In this document: positions 19,501-27,420 of the stretch, piece after piece
Layout: each line of letters begins with the position of its first letter
Position numbering within the stretch: the first letter of the stretch is position 1
Source of the DNA: a bacterium
GTDB lineage: Bacteria; Krumholzibacteriota; Krumholzibacteriia; G020349025
Length of the DNA stretch: 47,387 nucleotides
Assembly (NCBI GenBank): GCA_031362565.1
Contig: JANLSU010000022.1
Span: 1-47,387 of the forward strand
Direction of reading: 5' to 3'
Translations under genes and position numbers: made by a program
Notes under the pieces: model-generated
What the model saw: only the letters and a program-made list of their open reading frames with translations
Told to the model about the DNA's origin: nothing
Databases searched by the model: none

Positions 19501-20505
19501 ATGTCGCTCCGAAATGTGTTGGTGCTCATCGGGATACCGCTGTGGATCAACGCTGCCGCCACTGGTTGCGACAACACGACGGGCGTGCCCGACCTGGCGC
19601 CACCTGCGGCGGTGGTCGACTTGCACGTGGATGATGTGACTACCACCTCGGTCGTTCTGCGGTGGACGGCGCCTGGGAACGACGGGTCGAACGGCACCGC
19701 CGCGCGGTACGACGTCCGCCACTCGGCGGCACCGATCACTGACAGTTCCTTCGATGCCGCGACGGCCGTCGCAGCCGCTGACGTCCCGAACCCCGCGGCT
19801 GCCGGGACTCCCCAGGAACTCACGGTCGCGGGGCTGACGCCACACGCAGTGCACTACTTCGCGCTCCGCGCCACGGATCGCGCCGGGAATCGGGCGGCGA
19901 TCTCGAACCTGATCCATACCGCGACTGAAAACTGGGGGCACGCCCAAAGCGAAGACGAACTCATCGGTCAGCTCAAGATGGCGTGTCAGGCGCGGGACTA
20001 TGACGGGTTTCGTCGTCTCTTACACCCGGGGCTTGCATTCTTCCTGAACGAACCCGCGTACGATGGCACCGCGCAGTGGGGCCAGGCGGAGGAATCGCGA
20101 ATTCATTTCCGCATGTTCCGCCCGGAGGCGGTGCAGCCGCCGGAACCAGCCGTGCCGGCGGAATTGTGGCTCGTGAGTGTCGACATTACGCTTACCGCGC
20201 GCGACGGGTTTCGAGACGCGACCACCTACTATTACGACCCCACTACAAATCCGACCGGCTTCCACCGCGAGGACTTCGCTGTTTCGCAGACGGACTATGC
20301 GGCGTCGGTGTTCTTCCAAACTCATGGTGAGACGCAATACCGCGTCGATGGGTCCCAATACTTCGTGGTCGTGAACGACCTCGCGAAGTTGCCAGGTGAC
20401 GAGGGCAAGTTTCTCCTGTATCGATGGGAGGACCTGGGGGCGCAGGCATCGGTTGCCAAGTCCCCCTCGACTTGGAGTTACGTCAAGTCCCTCTACAGGA
20501 GATAA
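19501..20505 (+). CDS. Putative lipoprotein, paralog 4 (FN3 + shared core domain)
   Basis: GAGGGG RBS, ATGC lipobox-like motif, FN3 highly similar to paralog 2, same core, tail STWSYVKSLYRR. Confidence 0.85.
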   Translation: MSLRNVLVLIGIPLWINAAATGCDNTTGVPDLAPPAAVVDLHVDDVTTTSVVLRWTAPGNDGSNGTAARYDVRHSAAPITDSSFDAATAVAAADVPNPAAAGTPQELTVAGLTPHAVHYFALRATDRAGNRAAISNLIHTATENWGHAQSEDELIGQLKMACQARDYDGFRRLLHPGLAFFLNEPAYDGTAQWGQAEESRIHFRMFRPEAVQPPEPAVPAELWLVSVDITLTARDGFRDATTYYYDPTTNPTGFHREDFAVSQTDYAASVFFQTHGETQYRVDGSQYFVVVNDLAKLPGDEGKFLLYRWEDLGAQASVAKSPSTWSYVKSLYRR

Positions 20506-20616
20506 GGGCGAGTCACGCCCGTCTTGGAGATCGTGATGTCGCGTCGGCGCTTCCTGCGCTCGTGATCGCTTCGGTGTGCATCAGGCCGCCACTCACGGCA
20601 AACATCTCCCGCAGTT

Positions 20617-21573
20617 TTACCGGAAAAGCTGCTTCATTTCGCCCCAGGACTTCTGCTGTACGCCGATCGTCCAATCGGGCAGATTCGTCGCCAGCCAAAT
20701 CGTGTACTGGTCGTTCAACGACGACGCGAACACCAGCCGGTCACCTTGTGCCGACCACGAGGGATGCGCATCATACGCTGGGCCCGAAGTCACTTGAACC
20801 GGAGTGCCGCCCGACGCCGCGATCACCCAGATGTTCCGGTTGCCGTTGCGGTCGGACGCATACGCAATCCACATCCCTTGCGGCGACCACGCGGGCTCGC
20901 CGTCGAATTCCGGCGTTTGGGTGAGCTGTCGTTCGGAGCCATCGCTGCTGCGGATCCACAGATCCCCGCCGCGCTCGAAGACGAACTGCAGGTTGGGCCC
21001 CCACGATGGGAAATGCCCGCCGCCCGCGACCATCATCGGCGTTCCACCGCCGCTCGGTACGATGTAGATTCCGCCCACTCCGACGCACGCAATCGAGCTC
21101 CCGTCGAGCGACCAGGCTGGATCGGCGAAGGCGCCGCTCGCGACATGCGTGGGCGGGGGAACCAGTGGGTTGCCGACCGACCTGGTCCAGATCCCAGAAC
21201 TCTCCACGGCGAAGGTGCCGATCGCGTACGCCACCCGGGTTCCATCGGGGGACCAGGCTGGAGACCTCGCATTCGCGACGTAGAACGTCCCACTGCATGA
21301 CGTGCCATCGATGCCGGTCATGACGAGGTACGGCCACCACTGGAAGGTCGGAGGTGACGACTCCTCGTGCGCAAACACAACACAGTGGCCGTCCGCCGAA
21401 AGCGACGGTCCGGTGAGCGCGCACCACGAAGACCCGGTGGGCTGCGAGCATTCGACGACCGGCCGTAGTTCGACCGCCGCGGCGGCCGTGGCGACAGTCA
21501 GCATCAAGCCTGAAATCACTGGCAGCAAGCGCAGATGCGGTGCCGAGACCCGTCGATTAGCGAGAACGTGCAT
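20617..21573 (-). CDS. Secreted TolB-like/PD40 beta-propeller protein
   Basis: GGAGG RBS; signal peptide; repeats PAWSPDG, PAWSLDG, PSWGP, PAWSPQG, PSWSAQG, YASDRNGNRNIW; tail KSWGEMKQLFR. Confidence 0.88.
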   Translation of the reverse strand: MHVLANRRVSAPHLRLLPVISGLMLTVATAAAAVELRPVVECSQPTGSSWCALTGPSLSADGHCVVFAHEESSPPTFQWWPYLVMTGIDGTSCSGTFYVANARSPAWSPDGTRVAYAIGTFAVESSGIWTRSVGNPLVPPPTHVASGAFADPAWSLDGSSIACVGVGGIYIVPSGGGTPMMVAGGGHFPSWGPNLQFVFERGGDLWIRSSDGSERQLTQTPEFDGEPAWSPQGMWIAYASDRNGNRNIWVIAASGGTPVQVTSGPAYDAHPSWSAQGDRLVFASSLNDQYTIWLATNLPDWTIGVQQKSWGEMKQLFR

Positions 21574-22212
21574 CACGGTACCTCCGGGCAAGATTGGCAA
21601 CGCAATTAGCATAGACCCAGCCTGCCACGCGTGCCAGCCCGGTTGGTAGTACACTTCTCGACGGTCCAGAGTGGTTCCTTGGGCGTCTTTCGAAGACTGG
21701 TATGACACCTCGAGGGTCACGATGCGATGGGCCTCGTTTCCATGCGGCGACCATGAAAGCCGATCTTCAACCCGACGATCGGGCCATGGCGGGAATCGCG
21801 CCTGGTTGAGGCGTCAGGTCGGATGGAAGGCGGCGCTTGCGATCCTCCGCCATGCCGCACCTGTCGCCAGTGCGATTACAACCCCATGCGTAGCGTTGGG
21901 TTCCTGCACCGATTACTCTAGGTATTGGACGATCGCGGCCGCCGTGTTCCCGCCGGCGTCTACGTCGTACGACTGCAGTCGCCCGGTGGGTTCGCAACCA
22001 CCCGGATCACCACGTTGCGCTGAGTTCTCTCTCCCCTTGGACCGGGGGTTGCTGTGCGCACCTACTGGCAGGTCGGAGGAGGCAGTCGCGCGACGCGGAA
22101 GATCAACGTTTGCGGACCGTGTGCAAGACGCGTCCAAACGGCCAAAACGTCACCTGTACGTCTCCGCAGGCGTGTTGTAACATCGCGCCAGGCCATGAGA
22201 TACACATCCGGC

Positions 22213-22298
22213 GGAGGATTAGCCTAATTGGCAAGGCAGCAGTTTTGAAAACTGCCGACCGCAAGGTCCTGGGGGTTCGAGTCCCTCATCCTCCGCCA
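22213..22298 (+). tRNA. tRNA-Ser(TGA)
   Basis: Acceptor stem GGAGGAT/ATCCTCC, G discriminator + CCA, anticodon arm GCAGT-TTTGAAA-ACTGC, long variable arm, GTTCGA T-loop. Confidence 0.95.
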
Positions 22299-22320
22299 TT
22301 TTTTTGCTTGTGGAGGCCGT

Positions 22321-23661
22321 GTGCGGACGTTCTTTTCCTTTGCGGCGTTGCTGCTCTGCGCCGGGCGCGTCGCGGCTCAACCCGACGTGTCGGCACCCAC
22401 GAATTCATCGCCGGTGACGCCCGACCCGGGTCGCTTGGGCACGTTCAAGTCGCTCAGCCTCGACGAGCGCGTTGGCGCAGCCATCGACGCACTCCGGGCC
22501 CGCGATGCCGACATCACCGAGCTGCAAATCCGCCTGGCCGAAATCCCGGCGCCGGATTTTCGGGCGCCGCTCCGCGCCGCGCACCTCCAAGAAGTCTTGC
22601 GCGGCATCGGCCTCGCTGACGTGCGGCAGGATGCAACCGGCAACGTCCTCGCCGTGTTGCCCGGCACCGACCGGCACCTGCCGGCGGTCGTGCTGTCGGC
22701 GCATCTCGACACGGTGTTTCCAGAACTCACCGAAATCAAAGTTGTGCGCGAAGGCACTGTGCTGCGCGGCCCGGGCATCGCCGATGACGCGGCCGGCTTG
22801 GCGGCCGTCGTCGCCATCGCGCGGGCGTTGCATGATGCGCGCGTGCCGCTCCGGCGCGATGTCGTCGTCGCCGCAACCGTCGGCGAGGAAGGCGAGGGCG
22901 ACCTGCGGGGCGTGAAGCATCTCTTCGCCGCCGACCTTCTGCCGGGCAACGTCGCGGCATTCTTGTCGTTCGATCTCGGCTCGCAAGTGCAGATCGTCAA
23001 TGAAGGCGTCGGCAGCCGGCGCTTGCTGGCCGCCGTGCACGGTCCGGGCGGTCACAGTTGGGGCGATTTCGGACGTCCCAATCCGATTCACGCCCTGGCG
23101 CGCTCGCTCAACGCGTTCCTCGAGACGCCGCTGCCCCAGGGCGCGCGCACGAGCTACAACGTCGGGGTCATCGAGGGTGGCAGCGGCGTCAATGTGATTC
23201 CCGAATCGGCGTCACTGCGGCTCGATTTGCGAAGCGAAGCCCTGCCGCAACTGGAAGCGCTCGAGTCGGCATTTCGCGCCGGACTCGAAAAGGGTTTGGC
23301 GCGGGAGCGCGACTGGAGCCATGGCGGCACGCTCGATCTCGACGTGCAAGTCATCGGCGACCGGCCTGTCGGCCACACGCCTCCCGACGGCAACCTTGTG
23401 CAGTCGGTGGTCGCGGCCTTCGCGACTCAAGACTTGAGTGTCGTGCTCGGCAGTTCGTCGACCGACGCCAACTTGCCCATGAGTCTCGGCGTACCGGCCG
23501 TGGCATTGCCGCACGGCGTCCAAGGGCACGAAGCGCACAGCCGCGGCGAATGGTGCGACGTCGCGGGCCGTCCGGCCGTTCTCGCCGCCGAACTCCTGGC
23601 CGTCGTCGGCCTGGCGGAGCTGGACGGACCCGTCCGGTTGCGGCGTTCGCCGACCGATTGA
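22321..23661 (+). CDS. M20/M25/M40 family metallo-hydrolase, likely exported
   Basis: SAHLDTVF, GPGIADDAAG, TVGEEGEGDLRG, GGHSWGDFG, STDAN, AHS; N-terminal signal peptide. Confidence 0.9.
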   Translation: MRTFFSFAALLLCAGRVAAQPDVSAPTNSSPVTPDPGRLGTFKSLSLDERVGAAIDALRARDADITELQIRLAEIPAPDFRAPLRAAHLQEVLRGIGLADVRQDATGNVLAVLPGTDRHLPAVVLSAHLDTVFPELTEIKVVREGTVLRGPGIADDAAGLAAVVAIARALHDARVPLRRDVVVAATVGEEGEGDLRGVKHLFAADLLPGNVAAFLSFDLGSQVQIVNEGVGSRRLLAAVHGPGGHSWGDFGRPNPIHALARSLNAFLETPLPQGARTSYNVGVIEGGSGVNVIPESASLRLDLRSEALPQLEALESAFRAGLEKGLARERDWSHGGTLDLDVQVIGDRPVGHTPPDGNLVQSVVAAFATQDLSVVLGSSSTDANLPMSLGVPAVALPHGVQGHEAHSRGEWCDVAGRPAVLAAELLAVVGLAELDGPVRLRRSPTD

Positions 23662-23687
23662 CAGACCGCGCCGGGCCCGACTACAGT
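23658..23687 (+). promoter_or_regulatory. Sigma70-like promoter upstream of tRNA-Ser(GCT)/tRNA-Arg(ACG)
   Basis: TTGACA-18-TACAGT about 100 nt upstream of the tRNA pair. Confidence 0.55.
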
Positions 23688-23786
23688 CGGCCGTCCCGGG
23701 CCAAGGGGCGTTGGCGCGCGCGCGGGCGCGAATTCAACGCCGAGCGGCGTTGCCGAAGCGCCGGGCGCCCAGGGCTCGAGCAAGCT

Positions 23787-23880
23787 GGAGAGATGCCCGA
23801 GTGGCCGAAGGGGCTCGCCTGCTAAGCGAGTGTAGGGGCACAAACTCTTACCGAGGGTTCGAATCCCTCTCTCTCCGCCA
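23787..23880 (+). tRNA. tRNA-Ser(GCT)
   Basis: GGAGAGA/TCTCTCC acceptor, anticodon arm CTCGC-CTGCTAA-GCGAG, long variable arm, GTTCGAATCC, GCCA end. Confidence 0.97.
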
Positions 23881-23918
23881 GTGTCGCCTGCTTGTGCAGG
23901 CCAGGAGACGACGAACGC

Positions 23919-23995
23919 GCGCCCATAGCTCAACTGGATAGAGCGTCTGACTACGGATCAGGAGGTTGGGGGTTCGACTCCTCCTGGGCGCACCA
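23919..23995 (+). tRNA. tRNA-Arg(ACG)
   Basis: GCGCCCA/TGGGCGC acceptor, TAGCTCAACTGGATAGAGC D-arm, anticodon loop CTACGGA, GTTCGACTCC, ACCA end. Confidence 0.97.
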
Positions 23996-23999
23996 TCTC

Positions 24000-24041
24000 G
24001 CGGCGGGTCGGCGAAATACCGCCGGCCCGTCGTTTTTTTTT
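24000..24041 (+). terminator. Intrinsic terminator after the tRNA pair
   Basis: GC-rich hairpin gcggcgggtcggcg-aaata-ccgccggcccgtcg followed by a run of 9 T. Confidence 0.85.
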
Positions 24042-24100
24042 GAGCCGCACCTTCGCGCCGCACCCAAAAGGGGCGACGGAGTGCAAGGCAGGGAATCCAC

Positions 24101-24997
24101 ATGACCGATCGTTGGCAGGAGTCCATCGCGGCGCTCGCGGGTGATCACTTGTCCCCGTCCAGCACTCTTGCTGAACGCGCCACGGTGCTGTTCGAAGAAG
24201 TAGCCCGCGAAGCGCCCGCCGACTTGCCGCGCGTCGCCTGCGCGGTCGTCGGCGCCCAACCGGCCATGGCGGCCCTGGCTTGCACGGCCAATGTCGCGTT
24301 GCGTGCCTTGGAGCAACTGGGCGCGCCTTCGGTCGGCCTTGCTCTCGACGCATTGCGGCGCGCTGTTGCGACCGACCGCCGCGCCGCCGCGGCCGCGCTC
24401 ACCGCGCACATCGACCGGCCGGTGCGTGTCGTGACGACGTCGGCGAGCGCCGCCGTCATCGAAGCGTTGCAAGCACTCCGGCAGGCTGAACGGTTGAGTG
24501 ACGTCGTTTGCGCCGAATCACGCCCGTTGCTGGAGGGCACGGCGCTGGCGCGTTGGCTCGCCGACCAAGGCTACGGCGTCACGTTGGTTTGTGATGCAGC
24601 GCTCGGCGAGTTTCTGGATGCCAACAGTATCTTCGTCGTTGGCACGGATGCGATCCTGCCGCACGGCATCGCCAACAAGACCGGCACGCGCTTGTTCGCG
24701 GTGTGGGCGGCGCTCGCCGGCGCCGAACGCTACGTGCTCGCCTCACGCGACAAACTGTACCCGCCGCAACTCACGCCCTGCTGGTCCAATCCACAACGGC
24801 CGGGGCTCGAGGTCGTACAAAAGCCGCCGGCGGCATTGCGGGTCGAGAATCGCGCCTTCGATATCACCTCGCGCGAACTGTGGACGCAGGTGTGGGTTGG
24901 GGGCTCGCTGCTGCAAGCGGCCGAATCGGCCGGCGACGGCGTACTGGCACGTGGCCTCGAGCCGCTCGTGCGGCCGGCCGAGCATACTCAGCCCTGA
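24101..24997 (+). CDS. eIF-2B/MtnA/ribose-1,5-bisphosphate isomerase (IF-2B) family protein
   Basis: QPAMA, VTTSASAAV, CAESRPLLEG, VTLVCDAA, VVGTDAI..NKTGT, NRAFDIT motifs of the IF-2B fold. Confidence 0.82.
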   Translation: MTDRWQESIAALAGDHLSPSSTLAERATVLFEEVAREAPADLPRVACAVVGAQPAMAALACTANVALRALEQLGAPSVGLALDALRRAVATDRRAAAAALTAHIDRPVRVVTTSASAAVIEALQALRQAERLSDVVCAESRPLLEGTALARWLADQGYGVTLVCDAALGEFLDANSIFVVGTDAILPHGIANKTGTRLFAVWAALAGAERYVLASRDKLYPPQLTPCWSNPQRPGLEVVQKPPAALRVENRAFDITSRELWTQVWVGGSLLQAAESAGDGVLARGLEPLVRPAEHTQP

Positions 24998-27090
24998 GCC
25001 CCGCGTAGTCCCTGCATGTAGCCGCGGGCCTGGCTCGCGCCCGCGCCGGATTTGACGACGCGCAGGTAGCGTTCGAGGATGCGGCGTGCACCGGCCGTGT
25101 CGCCGCTCTCCTTCGCACAGTCGGCAAGCCCCTTGGTGATGGGGTAGTACTCGGGCGTCAGTGCGTAGGCCTTTTCGAATTGCCGCGTCGCGCTGGCGCA
25201 ATCCTTGTCGAGGAATTCATAGGCGAGCCCGGCGTAGAAGAACGCTTGCCGGTCGTCCGGGAACTCGTGCACGTATTGCTCGATCGCCGCCCGGTCCTTT
25301 TCGCCGTGTTCGCCCTCGACCCACAATGAGTTCGCATCGGCCCACATGCGCTCCCGCCGGTTCATGTGGTCGCGCATCTCGTGGGCACGCCGGTTGGCTG
25401 CTTCGGCGAGGGCGCGATCGCCCAGGAACGAGTAAGCGCACGACAGCTCCGACCAGGCGATTCCCATCTCGGGATCGAGGCGCACGGCTTCTTCCAGTTC
25501 CGGCCGGGCGCTGTCGAATTCACCTACCCCGTTGAAGTCCTGGCCGCGCGCGTAGTGCACGTAGGCATCGTACGAATGCGTCGTCATCTCACTGACCGGC
25601 CGGATCGGTGAAAGCTCGGGGGCATTGCCGGCCGAGAGCGCCTGTTTGACCTCGAGCGCGAGTTCGCTCGTAAGCGCATCCAGGAGCTTTTCCTTGCCAT
25701 CCGCGTGGGCGCTGAACTTGCCGCGCAGCTTGCCGGTCGCCAGATCGGTGAGGGTTGCATCCAAGACGAAATTGGCGCCGATCTGCGACAGCGATCCCGC
25801 CAACATGCCATTGGCGCTCGCGCGCCGGCAAATGTCCTGCGCGAAATTGAAATCGCGTCCGGTGTCCGCGAAGGTTCGCTTGCGGCCCATCACCAAGCTC
25901 TGGATGCGGACGGGCGAAACGACCTGCAGTCCTTGGCAGTCGTACAGAATCTGCACGAAGGCGTCCGACAAGACGCGCCCGACATCCGATTGCACCAGAT
26001 CGGCGTCTGTCGTCTTGTTGTCGATCGACATGACGGCGACGACCGGCGTGCCAGGCGCGAACAATCCGGGAAGCGGTGCGGCGCGCCGCTGGGCCTGGAG
26101 CCAAACGCCGCCGCCCACGGCACCCACCACGACCAGTGCAACGACGGCGATTGCAGCCTGCATCCGTCGCCCGCGCGTGGCGCCGCTCGCGGCAACTCCC
26201 AAAGCGCCGGACGAACCGCGCGTCAGGCGGCCCGGCCGCGCCCCGGACCCCGTTCCGAGCGCCAGTTCGCGTTCGACGACGCGCGCCGATGCGGGCCGCT
26301 CTGCCGGATCCTTCTCGAGCAAGCGCATGACGAGAGCCGCGAAGGCCGGCGGAATGCCGCTTCGCACTTGCGCCACGGGTGGCGGCGTGTCGCGCAGCAC
26401 CGCCGACACCGTATCAGCGAGCGTCGCGCGCCGGAATGGATGCACGCCGGTAAGCAATTCGTACAGCACGACACCGAAGGCGAACAGATCCGAACGTTCG
26501 TCGGCGCGCTGGCCGCGGGCCTGTTCGGGGCTCATATAGGCCGCCGTGCCCATCACCAGACCGGTGGCTGTCGGGTCCGTGCCGAGAGAATCGACGAGGT
26601 TGGCCGCGGCGCCGCCCGCGGTGCGTTTCGCGAGTCCGAAGTCGAGGATTTTGACGATTCCATCGCCCGTCCACATTAGGTTCTCGGGCTTCAGGTCGCG
26701 ATGCACGAGCCCCGCATCATGCGCCTTGGCGAGACCCGACATCGTTTGCCAGGCGATGTCGAGGGCGACGTCGATGGGGACCGGACCGGCCGCGGCGATC
26801 TTGCGCAGCGTGTGGCCTTCCACCAGCTCGGTCACGATGTAGGGCGCGCCCTCGTGTTCACCAACGCCGTGAACGACGAGAATATTCGGGTGATTGAGGG
26901 CCGAGGCGGCTTTGGCTTCGCCGAGCAACCGGCGCACCGCGTCCGGCCCCGCCGCTTCGGGCAGAACCTTGATCGCGACCTCACGGCCCAGTTGCGTGTC
27001 GCGGGCGCGGAACACTTGCCCCATGCCGCCGGCACCCAGGGGCGCGATGATTTCGTACGTTCCCAAACGCTGTCCCGGGGACAACGGCAT
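24988..27090 (-). CDS. Hanks-type Ser/Thr protein kinase with TM helix and C-terminal TPR region
   Basis: LGAGGMGQV, VAIKVL, HRDLKPEN, DFGLAK, GTAAYMSPEQ; TM AAIAVVALVVVGAVGGGVWL; TPRs (EEAVRLDPEM). ATG at 27090. Confidence 0.93.
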   Translation of the reverse strand: MPLSPGQRLGTYEIIAPLGAGGMGQVFRARDTQLGREVAIKVLPEAAGPDAVRRLLGEAKAASALNHPNILVVHGVGEHEGAPYIVTELVEGHTLRKIAAAGPVPIDVALDIAWQTMSGLAKAHDAGLVHRDLKPENLMWTGDGIVKILDFGLAKRTAGGAAANLVDSLGTDPTATGLVMGTAAYMSPEQARGQRADERSDLFAFGVVLYELLTGVHPFRRATLADTVSAVLRDTPPPVAQVRSGIPPAFAALVMRLLEKDPAERPASARVVERELALGTGSGARPGRLTRGSSGALGVAASGATRGRRMQAAIAVVALVVVGAVGGGVWLQAQRRAAPLPGLFAPGTPVVAVMSIDNKTTDADLVQSDVGRVLSDAFVQILYDCQGLQVVSPVRIQSLVMGRKRTFADTGRDFNFAQDICRRASANGMLAGSLSQIGANFVLDATLTDLATGKLRGKFSAHADGKEKLLDALTSELALEVKQALSAGNAPELSPIRPVSEMTTHSYDAYVHYARGQDFNGVGEFDSARPELEEAVRLDPEMGIAWSELSCAYSFLGDRALAEAANRRAHEMRDHMNRRERMWADANSLWVEGEHGEKDRAAIEQYVHEFPDDRQAFFYAGLAYEFLDKDCASATRQFEKAYALTPEYYPITKGLADCAKESGDTAGARRILERYLRVVKSGAGASQARGYMQGLRGAQG

Positions 27091-27420
27091 GCGAGCTTTC
27101 CTTTGCACTGGCGGCGGGGCGAGTCTAGGCACGACGCGGTGAGCCGTCAAACGCGCAATCCCGCGCCGCCATGGGAGGTTCCATCGCACGGATCGGCAGG
27201 GGGCCGGGGCGAGCCGCACGGGGATGCGGGGTGGGGGCCCTCCGGGGCCTCCCGGTGGCGGTTGCCAGGATCCCGGCCGCGCAGGTAGAGTACCCAGGCG
27301 AGCCAGCCCTATCCCAGAGCAGCCGTCTGGCGTGACTTCTGCCATGCCGGCCAGGCGCCGAACTATTGTGTGGTTGCGGGTTTCGTTCGACGGCCGCACG
27401 GGCCGAGGGGAGATTTTCTG

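Noticed and set aside
17101..20505. Diversity-generating retroelement or CRISPR explanation for the repeated DNA
   Set aside because: The repeats are whole paralogous genes with ordinary divergence; I saw no reverse transcriptase, no adenine-specific template/variable pair and no repeat-spacer periodicity.
21842..21853. 12-bp match (ATCCTCCGCCAT) to the 3' end of tRNA-Ser(TGA) as an att site
   Set aside because: Short, upstream rather than downstream of the tRNA, and no integrase nearby; likely chance.
22238..22254. Reading the tRNA at 22213 as a selenocysteine or suppressor tRNA
   Set aside because: The anticodon is TGA (reads UCA, Ser), not TCA, and the acceptor stem is the standard 7 bp.
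23851..23880. Identical 3' ends of tRNA-Ser(GCT) and tRNA-Ser(GGA) as island boundaries
   Set aside because: Both are complete tRNAs; shared T-arm and acceptor sequence is normal for isoacceptors, and the intervening genes are housekeeping.
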